A DNA stretch of 64,000 bases from the human T2T-CHM13v2.0 reference genome, Homo sapiens. Under the pieces are notes generated by a model, which saw only the letters and a list, made by a program, of their open reading frames with translations, did no database searches and was not told the DNA's origin. Location: the NCBI RefSeq assembly GCF_009914755.1, contig NC_060936.1; one strand, written 5' to 3'. Below, piece by piece: positions 62,784 through 64,000 of the stretch. The stretch's first letter is position 1. Each line of letters begins with the position of its first letter. The translations under genes and the position numbers were made by a program.

Positions 62784-63032
62784 CTTTATGCAAAGAAAGG
62801 AAACAAGAATTAAACATAACAAGCTAATAACTATAACTCATTTCATGAAAAAGATTAAACTAACCATTTTCCTAAACTTTGGGTTAAAACATTAGCCAGA
62901 CTGAGAAATAAGAAAAAAAACTGAGAAGAAGGAAGAACTAAGGCAGAATCTTATTTCTGTCGTTTAATTATTTAAATATTACACAGTCATTCAGTCAGAA
63001 AAGTAATAATAAAAACTACTATTAAGTATCTA

Positions 63033-63545
<513 letters not shown>

Positions 63546-63827
63546 AGAGACAGTATGCTGTCTCATTTAATGCTCCCAACAATGCTATGAGGTAAGCACT
63601 CTCATAATCCCTATTTTATAAATGAGGAACTGATGTTTAAGAAAGATTAAGTAATTTGCTCCAAAATCACACAAATAGTAAATAGCCTATCTGAGATTCA
63701 CCCCCAGGTCTGACTATGGTCTTAAACACTAGATATACTTCCTGTCCTATAAAGGAATAAAGTAAGCTAAACTACTCCATCTGTTGATTTTCTCTATCCC
63801 TTTCCTGAGTAGAACAGAATTGGCAGG

Positions 63828-64000
<173 letters not shown>

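Overview
Primate (almost certainly human, 12q13.3-type) genomic DNA with three minus-strand, head-to-tail, intron-containing genes. (1) TAC3 (preprotachykinin B / neurokinin B): complete 121-aa CDS in 5 coding exons; the last exon runs off the left edge. (2) MYO1A (brush-border myosin Ia): complete 1043-aa CDS in 27 coding exons, with two GC-AG introns. (3) NEMP1/TMEM194A: coding exons 2-9 plus a ~4.2-kb 3'UTR; exon 1 lies beyond the right edge. All exon boundaries were read at splice dinucleotides and the lengths sum to open frames. The remainder is repeat-rich: about 35 Alus, a twin-primed L1PA insertion with target-site duplications (TSDs), a Tigger1>THE1B>Alu nest, and MER5A, MER94, MIR, L2 and old L1M fragments. 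A two-LTR ERV1 (MER39/MER39B-like) provirus with an ACAC TSD sits ~220 bp upstream of TAC3 exon 1. The most unusual signal is inside that provirus: Alu TSD halves are swapped between different Alus, implying that a ~1-kb internal segment was moved into the 5' LTR by Alu-Alu recombination. Other leads: a splice acceptor inside TAC3 exon 1, a near-consensus REST site and uORF in MYO1A exon 1, a vestigial second tachykinin, and two local non-tandem duplications. Repeat family names come from recalled consensus sequences and need RepeatMasker/Dfam confirmation; repeat edges are approximate unless a TSD is quoted.
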